64,000 nt of DNA from Spirochaetia bacterium (GTDB taxonomy: Bacteria > Spirochaetota > Spirochaetia > DSM-27196 > Salinispiraceae), in NCBI GenBank assembly GCA_038204425.1, contig JBBRCZ010000007.1, forward strand, positions 32,001 through 96,000. Reading direction: 5' to 3'. Each line of letters opens with the position of its first letter. Position 1 is the first letter of the stretch. The notes under the pieces were generated by a model that saw only the letters and a program-made list of their open reading frames with translations, was not told the DNA's origin and ran no database searches. The position numbers and the translations under genes were made by a program. Shown one piece after another: positions 19,066 through 28,497 of the stretch.

Positions 19066-21207
19066 ATGTCGGACAATAACAAACCTCTAGCATTTCGCAA
19101 CACAGATTTGTCCCTTGATGTCCGCATTGCCGACCTAATTGCTCAGTTGACCATAGACGAAAAAATAGCTCAACTCTTACACGAAGCGCCTGCAATTGAG
19201 CGCTTGGACATCAAGCCCTACAGTTGGTGGAACGAAGCGCTGCATGGCGTAGCACGAGCTGGTTCTGCAACCATTTTTCCGCAAGCAATTGCACTTGCTT
19301 CCACCTTTGATCGTAATCTTGTTGGCCAGATTGCTAGCGTGATCTCCGATGAAGCGCGAGCGAAGTACGAAATCTGGGCCAAAAAAGGTAGATCTGGGCG
19401 CTATCTTGGGCTAACCTTTTGGACACCCAACATTAACATTTTTCGTGACCCACGCTGGGGCCGAGGTCAAGAAACCTATGGTGAGGATCCTTATTTGACG
19501 GGAGAAATTGGCGTTGAGTTTGTACGAGGGCTGCAGGGTGACGATCCGCACTATTTAAAGACGGCCGCCTGTGCCAAACATTTTGCCGTTCACTCAGGAC
19601 CAGAAAAAGTGCGCCACGTTTTTGACGCCAAAGCAAGTCCCTATGATTTGGAAGATACCTACTTGCCAGCATTTAAAAAGCTTGTGGAAGAAGCAAAAGT
19701 AGAAAGCGTGATGGGCGCGTACAATCGCACCAATGGCGAACCATGCTGCGGCAGCAAATTTTTGCTGGTCGACATTTTACGCAAAAAGTGGGGATTTAAA
19801 GGCCATGTTGTCAGCGATTGCTGGGCCTTAGTCGACTTTCACACCACCCACAAAGTTACCTCGAGTCCGGCAGAATCAGCTGCCTTGGCACTAAAGATGG
19901 GTTGCGACCTCAACTGCGGCTGTACCTTTCCACACTTGGTGGACGCCTTGGTGCAAGGCTTGGTTGTAGAAGCTGACATAGACTTGGCACTTAGCCGTTT
20001 GCTTTCTACGCGTTTTAGACTAGGAGAATTTGACCCTCCCGCTCAGGTTGCCTACCGACACTTGAGTCCGTCGCTCATCAGATGTCAAAAACACTTGGAC
20101 TTAAGCTATGAGGCGGCAATCGCTTCAATGGTTCTGCTCAAGAATGACGGACTACTGCCACTCAAAAAAGAAGCTATAAATTCGATCTATTTGACCGGGC
20201 CCAATGCCATTAGTGTGGAAGCCTTGATTGGCAACTATTATGGCCTCAGTCCGCGCATGGTCACTTTTGTTGAGGGCCTGTGCGAGGAAGCCGGCATCGA
20301 TATAAAGTTTGAGTTTAGGCACGGTTCCTTACTGACTGGTGAAAAACAAATAGAAAGTGACTGGGCCGCTTTTGAAGTCAAAGAGTTTGACCTAACGATA
20401 GCATTTATGGGGCTCAACTTGCTTCTGGAAGGTGAAGAAGGCGATTCGATAGCAGCTACTGCGCAAGAATCGGGAGATCGGGCCGACCTTGGATTACCCA
20501 AGGGCCAACACGACTTTTTGAGCAAGATTATGCACCTTGGCAAGCCAATAATCTTAGTTGTTAGTGCGGGCTGCCCTATTGACCTCTCGCCGTACTATGA
20601 GCATGTTGCGGCCATAGTTTACTCGTGGTACCCCGGCGAACTTGGTGGCAAGGCGCTGTCTGACTTGCTGTTTGGCAAGCGAGATTTTAGTGGTAAGTTG
20701 CCGCTTACCTTTCCCATGCATGTAAGTGACTTGCCGGCTTATGACGATTACAGCATGCAAGGTCGAACCTACCGCTATGCCCAAACTAAGCCGATGTTTC
20801 CCTTTGGTTTTGGCTTATCCTACCAGAGTGCGCGCGTGCAAAGTTTTAAAAGCGCGGTTTCTATCATTGGCGCAAACCAAGATCTAATACTAAGTGCTAC
20901 CGTGCTCAACCCCCACGCGCACCTGCTCGATAGTGTCGTGCAAGTGTACCTTAAGAAAAAGGTAAACGGCTATACTACACCCAACTTTGAACTGGCCGGA
21001 TTTGAACGGCTGCATTTGTCAGCAGACGAAAGTCGCAACCTACAAGTGACCATAAAGGCCGAACAACTTGAGTGTATTGGGAAAGACGGCAAACGCACCT
21101 TTGTGGAAGGTGACCTTGAGGTATTTTTGGGCTTTAATCAACCCGATCTCCGTTCTCTGGAGCTTGGTTCCTCGGCGTGCAAGTCTTTGACTTTGACCAT
21201 GGCTTAG
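19066..21207 (+). CDS. GH3 beta-xylosidase/beta-glucosidase, cytoplasmic
   Basis: WNEALHG, FRDPRWGRGQETYGEDP, KHF, VVSDC nucleophile, EGEEGD, Fn3-like C-terminus. AGGAG SD before ATG 19066. Confidence 0.95.
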   Translation: MSDNNKPLAFRNTDLSLDVRIADLIAQLTIDEKIAQLLHEAPAIERLDIKPYSWWNEALHGVARAGSATIFPQAIALASTFDRNLVGQIASVISDEARAKYEIWAKKGRSGRYLGLTFWTPNINIFRDPRWGRGQETYGEDPYLTGEIGVEFVRGLQGDDPHYLKTAACAKHFAVHSGPEKVRHVFDAKASPYDLEDTYLPAFKKLVEEAKVESVMGAYNRTNGEPCCGSKFLLVDILRKKWGFKGHVVSDCWALVDFHTTHKVTSSPAESAALALKMGCDLNCGCTFPHLVDALVQGLVVEADIDLALSRLLSTRFRLGEFDPPAQVAYRHLSPSLIRCQKHLDLSYEAAIASMVLLKNDGLLPLKKEAINSIYLTGPNAISVEALIGNYYGLSPRMVTFVEGLCEEAGIDIKFEFRHGSLLTGEKQIESDWAAFEVKEFDLTIAFMGLNLLLEGEEGDSIAATAQESGDRADLGLPKGQHDFLSKIMHLGKPIILVVSAGCPIDLSPYYEHVAAIVYSWYPGELGGKALSDLLFGKRDFSGKLPLTFPMHVSDLPAYDDYSMQGRTYRYAQTKPMFPFGFGLSYQSARVQSFKSAVSIIGANQDLILSATVLNPHAHLLDSVVQVYLKKKVNGYTTPNFELAGFERLHLSADESRNLQVTIKAEQLECIGKDGKRTFVEGDLEVFLGFNQPDLRSLELGSSACKSLTLTMA

Positions 21208-21246
21208 GCCTTTACCAATAAGCAATATTTTCGTATCTTCTTGTCA

Positions 21247-22647
21247 ATGAAAAAAATGACAGAGGGCAATGAAGCTCGTTTGATTCTATCATTCTCAATT
21301 CCGCTCCTGTTAGGAAATGTCTTCCAACAATTGTACTCAACCGTAGATGCCATAGTGGTCGGTTTTGGTGTTGGCAAAGCAGCCTTGGCGGCCATCGGCG
21401 TAAGTTTTCCTATAATTTTTTTGATGATCTCTATCGTGGCAGGCATTTGCATGGGTACTGGCATCTTATTGTCGCAATACTACGGCGCTGGCGACACGGT
21501 CCGGCTAAGAAAAGCAATGCATACCAGCTACGTTTTTTTGTTTTATGCAAGCATAGTTGCAACCGTTGCGGGTATATTTTTGGCCGACCCTGTCTTGCGT
21601 CTGATCGGCACACCGGCTGATACTATTGATGATGCACGCTTGTTTTTGCAGATAACCTTTGCCAGCATGGTCTTTGTTTTTGGCTACAACGCCACCACCT
21701 CGGTGATGCGCTCCTTGGGCGACTCCAAAAATCCACTCTACTTTATAGCTATCTCAAGCCTGCTCAATGTGGCTCTCGACATACTTTTTGTGTTGGGATT
21801 TGGCTGGGGCATTGCCGGTGCCGCCTGGGCTACCTTTATTTCCCAAGCAGTTGCCTTCTTTATTTCCTTGGTCTTTTTGCAGCGTTCCAAGCATACGGTC
21901 TTCCGCATTAGCTGGAAGGAACTGCGCATCGATCGCATAGAGCTTTCCAAAATACTCAGGCTCAGCACACCAACTGCGCTGCAAATGGGACTAGTTTCGT
22001 TGTCCTTTATTGCTATGACCGGACTGATTACCCCGTTTGGCACCGACGTGATTGCTGGCTACACTATGGCAAGCCGGCTCGACAGCTTTGCGGTATTGCC
22101 AGCCATGACACTCAGCATCGCAATCAGTACCTTTGTTGGCCAGAACATGGGCGCCAACAAACCAGAACGCGTGCGCAAGGGTCTCAACGCTACCTTGGCT
22201 ATCGGTATAGGTATATCGGTGGCAATTTCACTCTTGTTTATCTTTGTACCGCGTCAACTCTTGGGTTTGTTCCTCAATGACCAAACAGTCATCAACTATG
22301 GCGCCGAATACTTAGTTATTGTCTCTTCGTTTTACGCACTATTTGCCGCTATGTTTACTCTCACCGGCGTCTTGCGTGGTGCAGGCGCGGTCGGCTTTAG
22401 CATGATAGCCACGGTTGTGGCTGTCTGGGTGGCACGTATTCCGGCCTCTTGGATACTCTCGAGTTTTATTGGTCCTGCCGGCATTTGGTGGGGTATACCG
22501 ATAGGCTGGCTTGTTGGCCTTGCCATGGTATTGGCTTACTACCTTAGCGGCCGCTGGAAGAGATTTAACCTTACCGGCAAGTCCGAGCTCAATACGCTAC
22601 AGGTAGAACCTCAAGCAAATCCGCAGACAGTGGATCCCTTTGTATGA
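21247..22647 (+). CDS. MATE family efflux transporter
   Basis: QQLYSTVDAIVVG, GDSKNPL, NVALD, GIAGAAWAT, GQNMGA. Confidence 0.95.
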   Translation: MKKMTEGNEARLILSFSIPLLLGNVFQQLYSTVDAIVVGFGVGKAALAAIGVSFPIIFLMISIVAGICMGTGILLSQYYGAGDTVRLRKAMHTSYVFLFYASIVATVAGIFLADPVLRLIGTPADTIDDARLFLQITFASMVFVFGYNATTSVMRSLGDSKNPLYFIAISSLLNVALDILFVLGFGWGIAGAAWATFISQAVAFFISLVFLQRSKHTVFRISWKELRIDRIELSKILRLSTPTALQMGLVSLSFIAMTGLITPFGTDVIAGYTMASRLDSFAVLPAMTLSIAISTFVGQNMGANKPERVRKGLNATLAIGIGISVAISLLFIFVPRQLLGLFLNDQTVINYGAEYLVIVSSFYALFAAMFTLTGVLRGAGAVGFSMIATVVAVWVARIPASWILSSFIGPAGIWWGIPIGWLVGLAMVLAYYLSGRWKRFNLTGKSELNTLQVEPQANPQTVDPFV

Positions 22648-23330
22648 GTACTGAAAAGCTTCGCGAGCTGGCAGACCGCTTTCCGGCGGCTGCTGAGTAT
22701 TTGAGCAACTTGGCCCTAATTGAACGCGACTACGGCTCGAGCTCAAACAGTCGCATTGCAGCCTGGATGCAGGTCAGTGCGCCAGCCGTCACACAGTCAA
22801 TTGGTAGACTGCGCAAGCTCGGCTTGGTTGTTCAAGAGCCCTATGGAGATGTGCGCCTAACTAAAGATGGTATGGAGCTTGCGCGGCAAGTGCTCAGGCG
22901 CCACTACCTTTTGGAACATCTTTTGGTACGTATGCTCAATTTTCCGTGGGACAAGGCGGACGAAGAAGCCAAAGTTCTGCAGTCACATCTTTCTGAGGAT
23001 CTAGTCCAGCATTTGGACGACACGCTTGGCAATCCGCTCACCTGCCCGCACGGCAACCCACTGCCCGGCACGGCCGGTGAAGCCAAGTTGCTAGCAACAC
23101 CCAATCTGGCTTCGGCGCCCAACGATCAAGAACTAGTAATTGCACGCATTACCGAAGAGGGCGAGTCTATCCCCGGCATGTTGTCAGCCTGCCATCTTGC
23201 AGACATACGACCAGGTGCAAAAGTGACTATCGTTTCTCGCAACCAAGACTCACTTGTTCTCAAGCTGCAAAAAAACCCTCACTACCAGTTGCCAAAGCTC
23301 TTTGCGCTCCACATTCGCTACTGGGCCTAG
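22644..23330 (+). CDS. DtxR/MntR-family regulator with FeoA domain
   Basis: HTH VSAPAVT, RRHYLLE, CPHGNP, SH3/FeoA-like tail; ATGA overlap with the MATE gene. Confidence 0.88.
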   Translation: MSTEKLRELADRFPAAAEYLSNLALIERDYGSSSNSRIAAWMQVSAPAVTQSIGRLRKLGLVVQEPYGDVRLTKDGMELARQVLRRHYLLEHLLVRMLNFPWDKADEEAKVLQSHLSEDLVQHLDDTLGNPLTCPHGNPLPGTAGEAKLLATPNLASAPNDQELVIARITEEGESIPGMLSACHLADIRPGAKVTIVSRNQDSLVLKLQKNPHYQLPKLFALHIRYWA

Positions 23331-23385
23331 CCAAATACGAGACAATTTAAGACAAATCTACTAAGGTATAAACAAGCAGTTTAGC

Positions 23386-23935
23386 ATGCGATGCTTCAAA
23401 CTATTGGCCTTTGTTGTTGTCACCTTGCTTTTTTACGCCGCCACTGCCCCTGATCTACAGGCTCAAGTCCCAGCTCCACGCTGGATGAGCGCGCTAAGTG
23501 AAGATTTTACAGACAAAAGCTATCTGGCATTTTTGGCCAATGGGCCAAGTCTACAAGCCGCTAGGGAAGATGGACTTGCCCAAATTGCTCGCTATTTTGG
23601 TGTAGAAGTTACCGCACTCAGCGAGGGTAATCTCAGCTACAACGAACGTGGCAACGAAAGCCTTTTAGAAAGTCGTCTGTCCCAGTCGGTTGAGGCCCGT
23701 AGCCGCCAAGACCTCTTTGCCGTCGAATACAGTAGTCCTTACCAGCAAGGAGCAAGTATTTGGCTGGTGGCGTGGATTAAGCGCGAAACCCTATCACTTA
23801 CATTTGAAGCCGAACTAAGCTCTTGCAAATGCTATGACCATCAACCCTGCCATGCGCCAACTGGATCACGTAGTTCAAAAACTTTCTTTGATTGACGCTT
23901 GGGCGTCTAGAAATAGAAGGTCAATCCAAGGCTGA
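23386..23935 (+). pseudogene. LPP20-like exported protein, apparently frameshifted or truncated
   Basis: Signal peptide, PRWM, AREDGLAQIARYFGVEV. After about 23820 the frame reads atypically (CKCYDHQPCH), while another frame reads LANAMTINPAMRQLDHVVQKL to a stop near 23935. Confidence 0.5.
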
Positions 23936-23944
23936 CTGCCTTGG
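23926..23944. terminator. Hairpin between convergent genes
   Basis: CCAAGGC-tgact-GCCTTGG, perfect 7-bp stem. Confidence 0.45.
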
Positions 23945-23969
23945 GCTTGCAGCTCGCGGCAAAGCCTGT

Positions 23970-24296
23970 TTACATTAGGAGAAGGACGACGGCCACCGCT
24001 CCTAGGATACAACCAACGATTTGTTTTGCATTCATTACTTCGCCAAAAAAAATAATGCCGGCCAAGACAACCAGAAACACCACACCAACCGTGGTAATAG
24101 GTCCAACTCGTGACAGCGCATCATTTCGTAGCACAAAGGAATAGAGCACATAGGAACTTCCGTAAAGAGCCAAGGCAACAAACATAATGCCAAGCCACGG
24201 TAACTTAAAAAAAGGCTGTTTGGACGCAACCTTCATCATAACTTGCGCGCCAGCCGAACATACGACAATGCCAATCAACATGAGATAATGCGCCAT
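23970..24296 (-). CDS. SMR/EamA-like small 4-TM transporter, ArnE/F-like
   Basis: 108 aa; AQVMMK, LSRVGP, FFGE; four hydrophobic helices. Confidence 0.8.
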   Translation of the reverse strand: MAHYLMLIGIVVCSAGAQVMMKVASKQPFFKLPWLGIMFVALALYGSSYVLYSFVLRNDALSRVGPITTVGVVFLVVLAGIIFFGEVMNAKQIVGCILGAVAVVLLLM

Positions 24297-24299
24297 GGT

Positions 24300-25178
24300 T
24301 TAGCCTAGGTATTTGTGCAAGAGTCCGAATGTTTCATCGGCGTGCTTTTGAGACGAGAGACCAACCACAACGTTCTTGATTCGTTTATTGGAAAAAAGAT
24401 AGTCGTAGGCTTCCGACGGCTTTAGGCTGCCGGAGGCCAAGGTTGCCATGGCAAGCACGGTGTGTTTGCTGTTGGTGATTGCTTGCTCGGTCGCCAGCCG
24501 ACTTGGATTCATTAGGAAGCCCTTTTTGTTGACCGCGCACATTACCAAGGTTTCATCTATCCCGGCACGCTCCAGGAGCCTGCACATCATTGGATAGTTG
24601 AGTGTGCCAAAGCCAGGTTGCACTTTATAGTGATGTTTAACATAGTCGTGAAAGCTTTTAAGTACTTTGACCATATCGTAGCCAAGACCCATATCCACCA
24701 AGGCGTTGTGCAAAAAAATCGACTTTATGTTGAGTCCTTTAAACGGATCCATCTCTGCATCTACTAATCGATGTGTAATCGCCAGCAGGTTGCCGGTAGC
24801 GAGATTTAAGCTCACGCGTGCCATATAGGCCATTTTTCCAAAAACGTTGCGACGACTAAGCACCTGCTTTATCATGTTGACAGCACCCATTTCGTTGAGC
24901 ATCTGACTGTACTTGAGAATGTAGGGCACATTTACATAGAAAGAAAGTCGATTGCGTAAGCCAGGATCCGCTCGCACCATGTCGGTAATCTGATAAATGG
25001 CCGGGTGCGTAGAAAAAAAGCAAGCGGTCACGCCGTTGTCAACGGCCGCATAGAAGACCTTTTTTATCTCGCCCAAGTCTTTAAATTTTTCGTAGGTCTC
25101 TATGCCCTTGTCTTGGGACATATGATTTACGCCAAAAAACTGATTGTCACCCAAGAGAATGTTGTCAATTGTAATCAT
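24300..25178 (-). CDS. Conserved hypothetical protein, possible TIM-barrel/aldo-keto-reductase-like fold
   Basis: ILLGDNQFFGVNH start; AMATLASG and VVVGLSS resemble the C-terminal strands of AKR-like proteins. Confidence 0.65.
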   Translation of the reverse strand: MITIDNILLGDNQFFGVNHMSQDKGIETYEKFKDLGEIKKVFYAAVDNGVTACFFSTHPAIYQITDMVRADPGLRNRLSFYVNVPYILKYSQMLNEMGAVNMIKQVLSRRNVFGKMAYMARVSLNLATGNLLAITHRLVDAEMDPFKGLNIKSIFLHNALVDMGLGYDMVKVLKSFHDYVKHHYKVQPGFGTLNYPMMCRLLERAGIDETLVMCAVNKKGFLMNPSRLATEQAITNSKHTVLAMATLASGSLKPSEAYDYLFSNKRIKNVVVGLSSQKHADETFGLLHKYLG

Positions 25179-25203
25179 GCAAAGCTCCCTTAGCGTCTAG
25201 CAT

Positions 25204-26205
25204 TTAGAGGCTAACTTCTTGTTTTTGCTCAGCCGAACGATAGATTGCATCTATGATTCTCTGTACGGCCAAACCAGACTCAAGGGTCGTCTCTATTGGA
25301 ACGTTATGGTCGATAAATTGGGCAAGCTTTTCCATCTGGATGCTAAAGAGTGGCCCACCAATATCGATATAATAGCCTTGATAAAAGTCAGGATAGGACA
25401 TTGTCTCGCTGCGTCCGTCATTAAAGGCTATATCAAGCGTTTGATCTGAGACGGTCAAGGTGCCAAGCTCACCCACAAAGTCGAGTTTGAGATAGAACTT
25501 TCTAAAATTAGGCTTGGACCAAGAAGAACTAATGCGGCCCTTAACGCCGTTTTCAAAAACCAGATCGGCATTGACTTGGTCTTCGACTGACTCGGAGTAC
25601 AATATTTTGGTCTCGGCTTTGACCGAACTCAGTGGCCCAAGAAACCAATACAAGAGGTCAAGAATATGCACTGTGTAGTCGATTACCACGCCGCCGCCGG
25701 AAATAGCTTTGTTAAAACGCCAGCCTTTTTCTTTCTTCATTACGTCAGACAGATAATTTTCGGCATAAAAGCCAGTAATTTTGCCAATATGACCTTGTTC
25801 AATGAGCTTTTTTGCATGAGCAATAGTAGGAATATAGCGAGAACAAAAGCCGAGCATTGCCTTAACCTTGTGTTCTTTGACCACTTTTAGCAATGCCTCT
25901 CCCTGCTCGACTGTATTGGTAAGTGGTTTTTCTATAAAGAGATGAATGCCGCGTTCCGCTGCATACGTCGCAATTGGCACATGAGTTACTGTGGGCGTGG
26001 TCACCAAAATGAGATCCGGCTTGCAATTGTCAATCATCTTTTGGTATGAGGTAAAATAGCGGTACTTGGGCATAAACGACTTAAAGCCCATTAAAATAAA
26101 GCGGGCGGTATCAGCTATACCTACCACTTCCACTCCCGGTATAGCCGAAAGCAGAGCGCCATGGATCATACCCATCTTGCCAAAACCGATAATGCCGACT
26201 TTCAT
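25204..26205 (-). CDS. Gfo/Idh/MocA family NAD(P)-dependent oxidoreductase
   Basis: GIIGFGKMG, EKPL, GGGVVIDYTVHILD. Confidence 0.93.
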   Translation of the reverse strand: MKVGIIGFGKMGMIHGALLSAIPGVEVVGIADTARFILMGFKSFMPKYRYFTSYQKMIDNCKPDLILVTTPTVTHVPIATYAAERGIHLFIEKPLTNTVEQGEALLKVVKEHKVKAMLGFCSRYIPTIAHAKKLIEQGHIGKITGFYAENYLSDVMKKEKGWRFNKAISGGGVVIDYTVHILDLLYWFLGPLSSVKAETKILYSESVEDQVNADLVFENGVKGRISSSWSKPNFRKFYLKLDFVGELGTLTVSDQTLDIAFNDGRSETMSYPDFYQGYYIDIGGPLFSIQMEKLAQFIDHNVPIETTLESGLAVQRIIDAIYRSAEQKQEVSL

Positions 26206-26256
26206 ATTATGACTCCAGTTAGGCTACAGATAGACTACAAATAGTACACGGCTAAG

Positions 26257-26285
26257 ATTATCCAACGGAAATCTGTGCTTGTCAA
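26257..26285 (-). promoter_or_regulatory. sigma70-type promoter for the three-gene operon
   Basis: TTGACA, 17 bp, GATAAT. Confidence 0.5.
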
Positions 26286-26299
26286 ATCCAATCGCGCTA

Positions 26300-28294
26300 T
26301 CAAAGTGCTACGGGGTTCTGGTGCCAGTTGTAGTACCAAAACAAATCTACCGCCGCTCCCCAATTGTAGTGCGGTTCGCCCGGTGTAAGTAGCTTGTAGT
26401 TGCTGCCCATGTTCTCTACGTGGGTCCGATCGGTGGCAACAATTGCTAAGTGACGCTCACGCGCAAAACTGGCTTGCTCGGTGTAGCCATAGCGCTGCAA
26501 TATTTCGGCATTCCAAAAGTAGACGTGTGGCCAGGTTCGACCGCGCCAATAGCCGTCGGGATCGTAACTTGCTTCGTTATAGGCCACGCTTGGAAACGGA
26601 ATGTCGCCCCAAAACTCCGCCGGATTGAGTAGGTGTCGTTCGATAGTCTGCTTGATGGTGTTGGCGTCCAAGGGAATTCCTGCCCAAAGTGGTAGCAGGC
26701 CAAAAAAAGTTTTGACTTTGTTCTGCTGTCCTTTGGTGTTGATATCGTAAAAAAAGAGGTCTTCTTGATTCCAACACTTCTGCAACAAAATTGTCTCTAG
26801 TCGTTGTGCTTCTTTTTGCCACAAAGTCAGATCTTCTTGCTTGCCAAGAATTTTGGCCATTTCTGCAAGAATTTTGCAATCCTGATACAGATAGCTGGTC
26901 AAATTGACACTGATAAAAGGCGGGATGGGAAAGTTGGTCATGCCAGGCTTTGGACTGTACTCGTCAAAAAGTGGCGAATTGTCAGCCGGATGCCCGCTGT
27001 TCATCCATTCGGGGATTCCGTCGCCGTCACGATCCATGTTGCCAAACCAGCCACGATTAAGTGCCTTGAGATAGGGATAGAGCAACGCAAGATCAGGCTT
27101 GTTGTTGCCACACAAGTGCGCTTTGTAAACTGTCCAGCTGGCGATCGGAGCGTAGCACCCATCTGGTGGTGTTTCTTTTTGGCCATAGACTGGGTAGGCC
27201 ATCAAAATACCAGGCGACAGTCGACCGCCTGAGCAATGTTGCAAAAAGTGAATTACGGCGCTTGCTTGGAGCTCGCCATCGATGACTGACAGCGCGGCAG
27301 CTGAAATCATGTGGTCCCAAAAGAAGTCAGTAGATGCCCAGGTGACAGCACAGGCACACAAACCAAGTGTCTCGGAGAAGTTTCCATAGCCCTTACTGCG
27401 AATGCCTGCGTAAGCCATAGTAATGATGGCCTGTGCAGTCTTGCGGCGCATATGAATACTGTCGTCAGCCGGAATCGGCAATTGGTCAAAATAAGCTTCC
27501 CAACGAGCCACCGCCTGGTCGAGTGACCAAGCCTTAGTTTCCAGCCTAGGTTCTTGCCCGTTGTACTCAACTGCCACGTTTACTTGGGCAAGCCAAGAAC
27601 CGTCATCTTGCTTAACAAAGCGCAACTGACCTTGCCAGTGAAGCTTGTCACTTAAGGCAACATTGCTTGTGGCGAGCTGACCGGTGGTAAAGGCTTGACT
27701 AGGTATAGCAATGCCGTCGTGTAATTCGGCGGATACAAAACCGTCTTGGCAAGCAAACTTAACTCGACCGCGAAAAACGGCGTCAGTCTTGCTTACATAC
27801 ATTAAGTAGGTTCGCGAAAAATCCAGTTCAATTTCTTGACCATCAGCGTACGGTTTGACGCTGGCTTTGGTGCTGACTTCGCCCTGATTGAGGCCACCAA
27901 AAACTATTGCCTCAGGCTCATCGCGCTTGCCACGAGGTATTAGTCGATATTGGATCCTAAGTGCCTTGTCAGACAAAAAGTAGGCGTCTTGCTGCACCTT
28001 CCAGTTATCAGTTTCGCCGTGTACGCGGAAGGCACCCGGCCAATCTTCGCGCAATGTTAGGCCAACTGCTTGGTAGTGGCCGGACTCAAAGATAGCAAGG
28101 CGCAAGAACGGTCTAAAGCTTGGCTTATCGCTAGCCATAGCATGGCCCTTAAAATAAAACTCGTTGACGTCGATCATGTCACTGCCAAAACCACTGATGG
28201 CCATCGGCGAAAAATAGTCACTCAAAACTGACTTGGCTTGGGAATAATCAATTAAGTTACGCATTGCATTGCGCGAAAGAAAAGTCTTTGACAC
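26300..28294 (-). CDS. GH63/MGH1-like (alpha/alpha)6 glycoside hydrolase
   Basis: FFWD, DRDGDG, DNSPLFD, LLPLWAG, FPSVAYNEASYDPDGYWRGRTW; GTG start with GGAG SD. Confidence 0.8.
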   Translation of the reverse strand: MSKTFLSRNAMRNLIDYSQAKSVLSDYFSPMAISGFGSDMIDVNEFYFKGHAMASDKPSFRPFLRLAIFESGHYQAVGLTLREDWPGAFRVHGETDNWKVQQDAYFLSDKALRIQYRLIPRGKRDEPEAIVFGGLNQGEVSTKASVKPYADGQEIELDFSRTYLMYVSKTDAVFRGRVKFACQDGFVSAELHDGIAIPSQAFTTGQLATSNVALSDKLHWQGQLRFVKQDDGSWLAQVNVAVEYNGQEPRLETKAWSLDQAVARWEAYFDQLPIPADDSIHMRRKTAQAIITMAYAGIRSKGYGNFSETLGLCACAVTWASTDFFWDHMISAAALSVIDGELQASAVIHFLQHCSGGRLSPGILMAYPVYGQKETPPDGCYAPIASWTVYKAHLCGNNKPDLALLYPYLKALNRGWFGNMDRDGDGIPEWMNSGHPADNSPLFDEYSPKPGMTNFPIPPFISVNLTSYLYQDCKILAEMAKILGKQEDLTLWQKEAQRLETILLQKCWNQEDLFFYDINTKGQQNKVKTFFGLLPLWAGIPLDANTIKQTIERHLLNPAEFWGDIPFPSVAYNEASYDPDGYWRGRTWPHVYFWNAEILQRYGYTEQASFARERHLAIVATDRTHVENMGSNYKLLTPGEPHYNWGAAVDLFWYYNWHQNPVAL

Positions 28295-28497
28295 GGCCGA
28301 CTCCTTGGTTGATGCTGAAAAACTAAGCTCCGATACTATCAGAAAGGGCGCAGCCTTGGACAGTCGCGGCCCGCTAGCAATAAAAACTTGACAAATCCAA
28401 AGTTCCGGGTGAACGTGAGAATGGCCACAGCCACCATATTATCGATCTTACTATAAGACTTATAATATGTGCATCAGTTACCACGTAGGAGAAAGCC

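Noticed and set aside
28452..28464. Palindrome TATAAG-A-CTTATA between the divergent GH genes
   Set aside because: Short, AT-rich, single copy and overlapping a TATAAT, so it cannot be supported as an operator.
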